From: Nitrospirota bacterium
Lineage (GTDB): Bacteria > Nitrospirota > Thermodesulfovibrionia > Thermodesulfovibrionales > Dissulfurispiraceae
Assembly: GCA_040754455.1 (NCBI GenBank)
Contig: JBFMCP010000025.1
Span: forward strand, 1 to 49,909
DNA: 49,909 nucleotides
Direction: 5' to 3'
Shown here piece by piece: positions 37,762 to 46,001 of this stretch. Within the stretch, counting starts at the first letter, position 1. Every line of letters begins with the position of its first letter. Made by a program: the position numbers and the translations under genes. The notes beneath the pieces are model-generated. The model made no database searches. It was not told the DNA's origin and worked only from the letters and a program-made list of their open reading frames with translations.

Positions 37762-38334
37762 TAAGATAAAATCAGAAAGCGGCCCTTACATAAGTACATA
37801 GCACATTTCCTTTCAGGCCACAACAGAATTTTTTCTGCTGCATTGAATTCGTGCTCTGCGGCAAGTCACTTGGCCTGGCAGAACAGGTCGCCGAGATGCC
37901 TTCGTATTTTTACCGGGTCCGTAGGAGCCACCCATTCCGAATATGGCTCGTAAGCCGAAGAGCTTTACCGAGCGGAGGATTTAGCTCTCTACAGGGCAAC
38001 AAAAAAAGGAAGGGATTGCATGGCCGTAGGGCAAGCCGAATAAATTGCCTATCTTCTCTCAATGTCTTGGAGAAAGTCCACAAACGACGGGAACATATAT
38101 GTGCTTATACTTCGCCGCGACCCGCCTAAATTACCCGCGAGCATTTCCAGAAAAACAACGCGGCTCTGCGGGCACTCCTATCCTGCGATGTTGGAGGAAA
38201 GCACGCATCCAGCAGGTGTAGGTGTCCTCTAAATGGGTGTGGTTGTACACTGCGCTGTATTCTTAAATTCAAAAGAGTGGATAGTGAAGTTGTCGAAAAA
38301 AAACAGGTTGTGCTTGTGTGCAGCCTTGTCATAG

Positions 38335-38904
38335 CTACAGACGACTGGGCCGCTCTTGCCCCCCCTTACCATCACTCGTTCCCGAATTATAGTTGCTGAC
38401 GTATTCCAGTGATGAGCGGCCCTCGGCATTGGCAGCGCCGGTCCTTGTGATGATGGAGAAGGTTCCGTCCGTTTCCAGTACTACTGCCTCCACGTTGTCG
38501 AGCGACGGCACTTTCTCCCGTCGTGCTGCGGCGGCAATCTCTTCCTCGGTGACCCGTTCACGTTTCATTACGTCATAGAGAAATTCTCCGCGATATAACA
38601 GCATGGTCGGCTCCGCTTTTATGAATCGCTTGAAGCGCTTCGAGCGCACCGATACCCAGGTAACGGCAAACTGCAGGAATATGAGCAGCGTAAGGGCGAG
38701 TACTCCCTCGGCGAGCGCCACCTGGTTCGAGAGCAGCACGGTGGCGAGTGTGGAACCTATGGCGACCGTGACTACAAGATCAAAGGCGTTCATCTTAGAC
38801 AAGGTCCTCTTGCCCGAGATCCTCAATAGAATGACCAGAGAGATATACGCGAGAGATCCCACTACCGCTACTCTCAGCAAGCCGGTCCAGCTGTCAAAAA
38901 GCAT
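38335..38904 (-). CDS. DUF421 (YetF-like) membrane protein
   Basis: LRISGKRTLSKMNAFDLVVTVAIGS and VVLETDGTFS. Confidence 0.92.
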   Translation of the reverse strand: MLFDSWTGLLRVAVVGSLAYISLVILLRISGKRTLSKMNAFDLVVTVAIGSTLATVLLSNQVALAEGVLALTLLIFLQFAVTWVSVRSKRFKRFIKAEPTMLLYRGEFLYDVMKRERVTEEEIAAAARREKVPSLDNVEAVVLETDGTFSIITRTGAANAEGRSSLEYVSNYNSGTSDGKGGQERPSRL

Positions 38905-38990
38905 TGCTCCTCCTCATCAATGTGGTGTGGATCGGCAGAGCATACTGCAGAGTATGCTGCGAGACAATTGCCCTGGGCAGCTTAAAGAGA

Positions 38991-39314
38991 TCACATGCGT
39001 CTGCGCAAGGGGAGCTGATAGAGTTTTACCAGGGCACCGGTCAGCCCCCCGGTTGCCGCTCCTATTCCGGCTCCGGTAAAGAGCGCAGGGCCGAGATCTG
39101 AGGCGAAGAAGTGGCCGAAATAGGGCACTGGGATTATTGCACGATATATTCCATAGGTGATGACACCTAAGGCTGCAGCGCCGATGAGCCCGCCGATGAG
39201 CGCAAGCCTCAGTATATCGGCATGGTAGACCGGCTGCCCGTCGGCTTCATTTACTACCGGCACCACCGGAACGGTTGCCTTACCTCTTTCTTGAGCGTGT
39301 CCGCCGTGCTCCAT
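38991..39314 (-). CDS. Small hypothetical membrane protein
   Basis: Two Gly-rich TM segments; overlaps the upstream gene in the operon. Confidence 0.6.
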   Translation of the reverse strand: MEHGGHAQERGKATVPVVPVVNEADGQPVYHADILRLALIGGLIGAAALGVITYGIYRAIIPVPYFGHFFASDLGPALFTGAGIGAATGGLTGALVKLYQLPLRRRM

Positions 39315-40521
39315 CTTGATGTTTCTCCTTCAGAGCTGCTTGCGGTCTCATGAGCATATCGATCTCTTTCTGCACCTGCCACGACACATGGCTTTTTCCG
39401 CCGATGATAAATGCATGATTGAGAATCGTCTCGGCCGGGCCGGCAGGATACGGCTGCACCGACGTGAGATAACGTACGACCGGCTCGGGCACGCGATTCC
39501 GTTCCACCAGAAGTAGCGGGCCGTGCTTTCCCATGTGGCCGAGCAACACGGCGGGAATCATCATGAGGAGGTCATCGGCGCTGCCGATGATAAAATTATG
39601 CCCGGCCTCTGATATGCCCCACCCGAAGTCGCGCCCCTTCCATCCGGTCCACCATCCGAAATTGCGTCCGAAATCCTTGTATCCTGCATTGACGGTGTTG
39701 GAGGAGTAGATATCCGGACCGTAGACGCGCCGCACCTGGCCGTATTCGCTCAGCTCTTTTGCGACCTTATCGGAAATGATCTCGGGCCCCCCGGTGAGAT
39801 ACATGAATGCACCGTGGCCGCCGTAGCGCCGCTTCAGCATCTTCCGCGTCTCTTCCGGTACCGAATCCTTATAGACCCATGCGAACCCTCTCCCCATATG
39901 CGCATTCCATCCCATGGCGCCGATGCCGTGTGCCATACCCTGCGGATGGTCTAGCGCAGAAATGACGACCTCGTCGGGATGGTCCGATTTCAGGGCGGCC
40001 TGCCACCGGTCCAGCAGCTCCGCAAGCTTGACCGGATCTTCTGCGCGGAGTTCTCTCACCTTGTATCTGAGCTCTTTGCGAATAGTTTCAGCTACCGACG
40101 GATCGACACTCCCCACCACATATACCTGCACCTTGCCGTCCTGCACAACGCCGTCCGGCCTCAGCCGCGTCATCTCATTCATTACCGCCTCGGAGAGCTT
40201 GCCGTCTTTTCCCAGATAGAGAAGCGGTGCGTTGACCGGCATATGGGTGACCCGCTGCATTGCCGTGAACGCCTCGGCCGTATTCTGCCGTGTGATAATA
40301 ACTGCCCCGGCAGCATGCTCCTCTCTCGTTGCCGGATAGACCGTCTGGGCAATGCCGATGGCCTGTGTTTCGGGATCAGCCGCAGCTATGCGGGTGGTGA
40401 AGGCGGTCGGGATCGATTTGAGATGAAGGTCTTTATTCTCCTGCCCGATCATCCGATCTTCAGAGGTGCATGACAGAAGAAGAAGTACTAACAGTAATGA
40501 TGCCGTGGCTCGCATCATCAC
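39280..40521 (-). CDS. Lipoprotein with cell-wall-binding-repeat-2-like domains
   Basis: Lipobox LLSC, NAPLLYL, GGPEIISDKV, FGWGISEAGHNF and IIGGKSHVS. Confidence 0.65.
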   Translation of the reverse strand: MMMRATASLLLVLLLLSCTSEDRMIGQENKDLHLKSIPTAFTTRIAAADPETQAIGIAQTVYPATREEHAAGAVIITRQNTAEAFTAMQRVTHMPVNAPLLYLGKDGKLSEAVMNEMTRLRPDGVVQDGKVQVYVVGSVDPSVAETIRKELRYKVRELRAEDPVKLAELLDRWQAALKSDHPDEVVISALDHPQGMAHGIGAMGWNAHMGRGFAWVYKDSVPEETRKMLKRRYGGHGAFMYLTGGPEIISDKVAKELSEYGQVRRVYGPDIYSSNTVNAGYKDFGRNFGWWTGWKGRDFGWGISEAGHNFIIGSADDLLMMIPAVLLGHMGKHGPLLLVERNRVPEPVVRYLTSVQPYPAGPAETILNHAFIIGGKSHVSWQVQKEIDMLMRPQAALKEKHQDGARRTRSRKR

Positions 40522-42146
40522 ATTGCTCCCGATTTCAGCTTTATGCGGATCATAACGTAGTTAAGCGGCCATGCGGCGAGGAATCCTGCTGTTGAGGCAA
40601 ACCACAGGGCGCCGAACCACATGATTTCATCCTCATGCGGCATCATGGGGACCTTCTCCATGAGCATGTGCCATGACATCGGCATCATGCCGAGGCTTAC
40701 CGCCGCCATGCTGAGAGCGGTCACTACAAAGGCCGCTCGTGCCGTAGCGCTATCAAAGGCGCCCCCCATCATTGCTTTCAGGGGCAATTGAGCAAACAGC
40801 CAGGCGATAAGTAATGCGCCAACGTACATACCCGCCATCATCAACGGCATACCCGCACCGAAGAGAAACTGCCATCCGCTTGCCCAGGGGCCGAAAAAGA
40901 GAGGGAAGCCGAAATAAACAAAAGCATAACCTACTATGATCATCAGTGGCGCACCGTAGCCGAAGCCCATCGCCGTCGCCGCGGCGCTCTGCACCGACGG
41001 AGGACGCTGCCAGTGTACCATGTTGTCCTGTTGTTTCATCGGACGACGATACGCTGAAAGGTAGAGTACAACGCCGACGACCGGAACAAGGAGTGCAGTA
41101 AATGCCCATCCTATGAGAGCGGCTGGCATTACCTCCGGAAGCAATCGATGCGTATGGAGCACTACGAAGATCGCTCCGGCTATGCCGAAAGCGATGTATA
41201 TGATGAAGAGCGCCTCCATCGGTCCGAGGGCGACGGAGCCGCGGTCCGGATAAGGGGACTTTTCGAGCGCAAGATCGATCCGAGATTGGGAGGCGTAACT
41301 TGTACGGTTCCCGACGATCCAAGCATGCCGAAACGGTCCCTCGGAAGGAACGGTGAAGAAGTCGGTGCGCTGCTCCCAGAGATACCGGTCCGTTACGGCA
41401 GGAATGCCGCCGTCAAGCCCGGTAAAGAGGAAGGGTGCTGCATTCGATTTTGCAAGCGGTAGCGCCATAAGTGAGTGTTCCGTCTCGAGCGGCGTTGCAA
41501 GTACATAATGAAAATAGCCGTTCCGCCGATCATGGGTACGTCCCCATCCGAAGCCGGTCGAATAGTCTCTGTATTCGGCGATTACGACGGCGTGTGCGGC
41601 CGGATTTCTTCCTGCAATTCGCTTTGCTGGTCCGAGAGCAGCTATCTGCCGTAGCACCGAATCAGCGACTAATGACGCAGGAGCGAGCAGGTAGACCGGC
41701 GCTTTGAATCTCTTTATGGCCTGTTCCGCCTCGGCGTCGAGCTGTTCGCGGCCGACGAAGACAACAGGTACTCCGGCGTACGCCGCCCAGTAGGCGCCGG
41801 GGACCGCCCAGACCTTTGCATCCCTTCCTTCCGCTGCCAGTGCAACGATGTGCGGGGGCTTTGCCGATGTGGTGATATGGCCTCTGATGGCCGATATCCA
41901 GTCTTCGGACGACTTCTGCCGTGAAGGAGCATCTCTCAGGAACACGGCACGATCTACCGAAGCTCGGACATCATCGGCAGTGCCCACCAGACGGGTCACA
42001 TTCTTCATGTGGTAATGCACCCTGTTGTTCTCCGCCTGTCTGGCCCACGGCGCGCCGGTGAGGTTCTTCTTCAGGACTGTTACTAGTCCGAGCGCCAGAA
42101 GAAGCGCCATCAGCACTGCGAGGATTGGATGAATGCGGTGCGTCAT
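40518..42146 (-). CDS. Membrane protein: CWB2-like periplasmic region fused to a Met-rich DUF4396-like TM domain
   Basis: GFGWGR and NAAPFLF; C-terminal AGFLAAWPLNYVMIRIKLKSGAM resembles the DUF4396 end. Confidence 0.6.
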   Translation of the reverse strand: MTHRIHPILAVLMALLLALGLVTVLKKNLTGAPWARQAENNRVHYHMKNVTRLVGTADDVRASVDRAVFLRDAPSRQKSSEDWISAIRGHITTSAKPPHIVALAAEGRDAKVWAVPGAYWAAYAGVPVVFVGREQLDAEAEQAIKRFKAPVYLLAPASLVADSVLRQIAALGPAKRIAGRNPAAHAVVIAEYRDYSTGFGWGRTHDRRNGYFHYVLATPLETEHSLMALPLAKSNAAPFLFTGLDGGIPAVTDRYLWEQRTDFFTVPSEGPFRHAWIVGNRTSYASQSRIDLALEKSPYPDRGSVALGPMEALFIIYIAFGIAGAIFVVLHTHRLLPEVMPAALIGWAFTALLVPVVGVVLYLSAYRRPMKQQDNMVHWQRPPSVQSAAATAMGFGYGAPLMIIVGYAFVYFGFPLFFGPWASGWQFLFGAGMPLMMAGMYVGALLIAWLFAQLPLKAMMGGAFDSATARAAFVVTALSMAAVSLGMMPMSWHMLMEKVPMMPHEDEIMWFGALWFASTAGFLAAWPLNYVMIRIKLKSGAM

Positions 42147-42187
42147 GAGTGCTCCTTAATGAAGGAATGTGATAGCGGAAGTAGCCT

Positions 42188-42224
42188 CTACCTATCAAGT
42201 AGCTTATTTGGAGAGCATTGTCAA
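42188..42224 (-). promoter_or_regulatory. Putative promoter (shared motif)
   Basis: TTGACA-17 nt (ending AGC)-TACTTG-ATAGGTAG. Confidence 0.55.
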
Positions 42225-42264
42225 GAAGCGTCTTAAGCTGTTTTCCGAATTCCAGCTCTTCGAC

Positions 42265-42732
42265 TTATACCTGCTGACGATCATGCTCAAGCAGCACGGA
42301 GAGAATCAATGCGCTCATGCCGATTGAGGCAAGGGCGAGACGAACGGCATGAAAGAAATGCCAGCGGTCACGTAGCTGTATCCAGTTTGATGGCAGCATC
42401 TCCCGCCAGGTGATCATATGCAGATTGATAGGGTTAATGAGCAACAACCAGACGAGGAACATGACTACTATGCAGACCAGACCTATGAGCGTGAGAACGC
42501 AGGCACTCCGTCGCTTGCGAACCAGGAAGAGCACTGCCGTTGTTGAGATCATTGCACTGGATTCGATTATTCCGCCTGCAAGACCGTAATAGGTGTATAA
42601 ATATTGAGACCACAGATACATCTCCGCAGGAAAGGAAGCCTTTATCGGCCATTGGAGCGCATGGGAGAGCGAAAGGCCTGCCTCCAGTCCCATGGTGAAC
42701 AGACTGATAAATCTAAAAAGCTTTACTATCAT
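42265..42732 (-). CDS. DUF1772/anthrone-oxygenase-like membrane protein
   Basis: Four TMs and INPINLHM..W...LPSNWIQLRDRWHFFHAVR. Confidence 0.75.
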   Translation of the reverse strand: MIVKLFRFISLFTMGLEAGLSLSHALQWPIKASFPAEMYLWSQYLYTYYGLAGGIIESSAMISTTAVLFLVRKRRSACVLTLIGLVCIVVMFLVWLLLINPINLHMITWREMLPSNWIQLRDRWHFFHAVRLALASIGMSALILSVLLEHDRQQV

Positions 42733-42830
42733 GGATAGTTCCGGCTATATGCCATGGCCATAAAGATGAGAACGATCACAAATAAGAGCACAGCTAATAC
42801 TGCCTGCTTTTTCGTAGCCCTTTTCTCCAT
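42729..42830 (-). CDS. 33-aa single-TM microprotein translationally coupled to the DUF1772 gene
   Basis: RBS GGAGG. MEKRATKKQAVLAVLLFVIVLIFMAMAYSRNYP; stop overlaps the next ATG (ATGA). Confidence 0.55.
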   Translation of the reverse strand: MEKRATKKQAVLAVLLFVIVLIFMAMAYSRNYP

Positions 42831-42977
42831 ATCGCCAGCCCTCCAAAGTGGCTCTCATTCGATATGTGCTTCTCTTGGACTATGGTGTACTCTCCTAAAG
42901 CGAGATGGTGCAGGCGCCTGTTCTCGTCGCATGGTTGCGTATGATTGCGCTGTGCTTGCGCAAGGGAGACGCACAGT

Positions 42978-43058
42978 CTTACTTAAAGCTTAGCGAAAAG
43001 CCTGCTTACCTTCAATTCTATTTGACCCAGCAAAGGATAGCTGGTAAAAAATAAGTAG
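42978..43058. promoter_or_regulatory. Back-to-back divergent promoters (shared motif)
   Basis: Minus: TTGAAG-17-TAAGCT-TTAAGTAAG (43015-42978). Plus: TTGACC-17-TAAAAA-ATAAGTAG (43022-43058). Confidence 0.6.
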
Positions 43059-43164
43059 AGAGGTCCTCTCTGAGCATAACGCCTCTCTGAAATCCGCTGC
43101 AGCTGCTCGCCGGCTGTCTTCTCTGTCTCATGCTCTGTTTCAGTCTAACCCACTAGAGAGTGAG

Positions 43165-44310
43165 GTGATCGATATGTTCGGCAAAGGTATAAAGTTATTC
43201 AAGCTGTTCGGTTTCGAGGTGAAAATTGATGCAAGCTGGATCATCATCGCCGTCCTGGTCACCCTGACGCTTGCCGTCGGGGTGTTCCCTTTTTCCTATA
43301 AAGGGCTTTCTTCCGGTATCTATTGGGCAATGGGAATTATCGGGGCTTTGGGTCTGTTTGCTTCCATCATTTTCCATGAGTTTTTCCACTCCATCGTGGC
43401 GCGAAAATACGGACTCCCCATGAAGGGGATTACCCTGTTTATCTTCGGAGGCGTTGCCGAGATGGAAGACCAGCCGCAGAATGCAAAAACCGAATTCTTC
43501 ATGGCCCTTGCCGGTCCTCTATCGAGCATTGCCCTGGGATTTATATTCCAGGGGGTGCTGGAGATCATCTCCGGGCTTCCGGTCTATATCAGCGGGGTCC
43601 TCGCCTATCTCTCCTTCATCAATTTCGTTCTGGCGGGCTTCAATCTGCTCCCCGCCTTTCCCCTCGACGGCGGCCGCATCCTGCGGTCTGCTCTGTGGCA
43701 CTGGAAAGGGAACCTGCGATGGGCGACGAGGATTGCGTCTCAGCTTGGATCGTTGTTCGGCCTTTTCTTGGTTCTTATAGGGGTGCTCAATGTCTTCCAG
43801 GGCAATGCCGTAGGAGGCATATGGTTCTTTCTGATCGGCATGTTCATCCGCAATGCCTCGCAGATGTCGTACCAGCAGGTGTTGCTGCGAAAAGTCCTGG
43901 AAGGCGAGCCGGTGAGCCGCTTCATGCAGAAGAACCCCGTGACCGTTGCTCCTTCAACTTCGGTTGAGCAGTTCGTGGAAGATTATTTTTATAAATACCA
44001 CTTCAAGATGTTTCCTGTGGCGAACAACGGTGATCTTTCGGGGTGTGTCAGCATTGATGAAGTAAAGAGTATCCCCCGTGAGCAGTGGAGCCGGAGCGCG
44101 GTCGGAGAGCTTGTCCATGCATGCTCTCCTGACAACACCATTGCACTGGAAGCGGACGCCATGAAGGCGCTTGCCCACATGAGCAAAACGGGAAATGATA
44201 AGCTTGTGGTGGTAAAGGACGGCCACTTGGAAGGTATAGTAACGCAAAATGATATCCTCAGGTTCTTTACCGCGAAAATGGAGCTCGGTGAGACCGGGGA
44301 GAAAACCTGA
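43165..44310 (+). CDS. Site-2 protease (M50) with a CBS pair
   Basis: HEFFH, ALAGP, FNLLPAFPLDGGR and C-terminal CBS domains. Confidence 0.95.
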   Translation: MIDMFGKGIKLFKLFGFEVKIDASWIIIAVLVTLTLAVGVFPFSYKGLSSGIYWAMGIIGALGLFASIIFHEFFHSIVARKYGLPMKGITLFIFGGVAEMEDQPQNAKTEFFMALAGPLSSIALGFIFQGVLEIISGLPVYISGVLAYLSFINFVLAGFNLLPAFPLDGGRILRSALWHWKGNLRWATRIASQLGSLFGLFLVLIGVLNVFQGNAVGGIWFFLIGMFIRNASQMSYQQVLLRKVLEGEPVSRFMQKNPVTVAPSTSVEQFVEDYFYKYHFKMFPVANNGDLSGCVSIDEVKSIPREQWSRSAVGELVHACSPDNTIALEADAMKALAHMSKTGNDKLVVVKDGHLEGIVTQNDILRFFTAKMELGETGEKT

Positions 44311-44375
44311 AATCCGAGGCCCCTATGGGATCAAGCGAGTCCGGCAACTCCAATGAGAGGAATCAGTATAACGGG

Positions 44376-44519
44376 TTAAGCTTTCGGTGTAGGTGTCTTT
44401 GGCACTCCCGGCGGCTGTGGAGGCTCCTGCGGCGGCCTCTTGGGCACTCCCGGCGGTTGAGGCGATGCCGCAGCTTTTTTAGTCCTCTTGGTTCCGGTCT
44501 TTCCCGTTCTCCCTGCCAT
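44376..44519 (-). CDS. Basic Pro-rich PPGVP microprotein 4 (47 aa, motif duplicated)
   Basis: RBS AAGGAG. MAGRTGKTGTKRTKKAAASPQPPGVPKRPPQEPPQPPGVPKTPTPKA. Confidence 0.75.
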   Translation of the reverse strand: MAGRTGKTGTKRTKKAAASPQPPGVPKRPPQEPPQPPGVPKTPTPKA

Positions 44520-44599
44520 GGTTGCTCCTTTATCCGCTATGGGCGGTACTCTGGGTTATCACATCAGCCGATTCACCCTGCATGCCGACACATGAGTGT

Positions 44600-44776
44600 C
44601 TATAGCCTTTCAAGGATTCCCTTCAGAATTTCTTTCTCTCGGTGCAGCGGTTCTCTTCCGTGCTCCGTGTCGGCTATTGTAAATCTTAGGTCGGAGAGAT
44701 ACGAATCCAGCGCCTTCTTCAACGTGTTCCTTTCCTCTTCGTTCAGCTCCAGGCTTATCTTCGCTCCGATCACCAT
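44600..44776 (-). CDS. Small helical hypothetical protein (58 aa, not in ORF track)
   Basis: RBS AGGAGG. MVIGAKISLELNEEERNTLKKALDSYLSDLRFTIADTEHGREPLHREKEILKGILERL. Confidence 0.7.
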   Translation of the reverse strand: MVIGAKISLELNEEERNTLKKALDSYLSDLRFTIADTEHGREPLHREKEILKGILERL

Positions 44777-44841
44777 GGCTTAGGCCTCCTTTCGTTTGCC
44801 AGGATGTATCAGCGATGCAATGGAAAAGAATTCATCCGCAT

Positions 44842-44879
44842 CTTACTTAAATTGGAGCATATGAAAAAGAGAAATGCAA
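44842..44879 (-). promoter_or_regulatory. Putative promoter (shared motif)
   Basis: TTGCAT-17 nt (ending TGC)-TCCAAT-TTAAGTAAG. Confidence 0.45.
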
Positions 44880-45009
44880 GTGCCCGGCGCATCATTATTG
44901 CGCACGTATCGGAATGAGTGTCCTGCTTTTGGTGAATAATGCTAGCGGGAGGTATCTCCACTTAACGCTCACTATCCGGCAACCTAAAACGAAACTCTTT
45001 TGCGGCCAA

Positions 45010-45144
45010 TTGACCCAGCAAAGGATAACTGATAAAAAGTAAATAGAAAGACAGAAAGCCACTGTGGGAACATTGCGGTGTGAAGCGATATTCCCAGGTC
45101 CTTAGCTCGGAAATGGAGATCGGCGAAAGCGAGAGGAAGACTGA
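45010..45144 (+). pseudogene. Collapsed duplicate of the S2P-CBS unit: copied promoter plus decayed 3' end
   Basis: 45010-45046 is nearly identical to 43022-43058, and 45058-45144 resembles 44222-44310 (EMEIGESERKT vs KMELGETGEKT). Confidence 0.6.
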
Positions 45145-45167
45145 GCTGTATTCAGCAGGAGGAAATT

Positions 45168-45947
45168 ATGTCAACCTCAAAAGCAGCAACAGAGCAGAAA
45201 AGAGGCACTCTCAGAAGTGTGAAGCGCCTTTCCGGATTCACCATCTTTGCAAAGGACGGCGATATCGGGATAGCGCATGAGCTTCTCTTCGACGATGACA
45301 CATGGGCAATTAAATATCTCGTGGTGCATACCGGTCCCATTATCGCGGGCAGAAAGGTTCTCATTGCACCGGAGGCATTCAGCTATCTGGTTCCAAAGGC
45401 CGAGCAATTTCATTTAAAGCTTACCCGGGAGCAGGTGAGCAATAGCCCTACCATTGAAGCGGATAAGCCCGTTTCTCTTCAGCATCAGAGGGAAGTGCAC
45501 CACTACTTCGGATGGCCGTGGATATTCATGGGATCGCGCTCCGCTATCCCTGCTCCCCTTCCCGAAACGGAGGAGAGAGAGAAACAGCTCACCGAGCAAA
45601 CCGAGGAGCGCGATCCCCACCTGAGGAGCAGCAAGGGGATCATCAACTCCTATGATATCGAGGCCGCAGATGGGAAGCTCGGGCATGTGGAGGACTTCCT
45701 GGTGGATGATGCAAGCTGGATCATCCGGTATATGGTTGTCGATACCCGCGACTGGCTGCCGGGCAAGAAGGCGCTCGTTGCCACACAATGGATCGCGCAT
45801 ATCGATTTCGAGCGCGCGCGCGTGCACGTCGATCTTTTAAAGGAGAAGATCAAGAACAGTCCTGAATACGATCCGCTGAAAACAGTCGACCGCGATTACG
45901 AGGAGCTCATCCATAACCACTACGGCAGACGGGGGTACTGGTGGTGA
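45168..45947 (+). CDS. Tandem PRC-barrel domain protein (paralog 2)
   Basis: Collinear with 25517-26290 (GTLRS, DPHLRS, WLPGKK..ATQWI.HID, NSPEY). Confidence 0.9.
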   Translation: MSTSKAATEQKRGTLRSVKRLSGFTIFAKDGDIGIAHELLFDDDTWAIKYLVVHTGPIIAGRKVLIAPEAFSYLVPKAEQFHLKLTREQVSNSPTIEADKPVSLQHQREVHHYFGWPWIFMGSRSAIPAPLPETEEREKQLTEQTEERDPHLRSSKGIINSYDIEAADGKLGHVEDFLVDDASWIIRYMVVDTRDWLPGKKALVATQWIAHIDFERARVHVDLLKEKIKNSPEYDPLKTVDRDYEELIHNHYGRRGYWW

Positions 45948-46001
45948 TCGCAGACGATATGCACAATGTCCTCTCGGGTGACTTTGTGCCGGCAAGCAGT
46001 G

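Noticed and set aside
37830..38330. Long intergenic gap (also 28930-29250) as ncRNA or gene
   Set aside because: Short ORFs lack RBS and motifs, and I recognised no RNA structure; may be decayed gene remnants.
24650..44460. Repeated DNA motif CCGGGAGTGCC as a c-di-GMP/cGAMP (GEMM) riboswitch 3' arm or REP element
   Set aside because: No upstream AAACC..GGGACG.AAAGC core. Variation is confined to third codon positions of PPGVP, so a coding explanation fits better.
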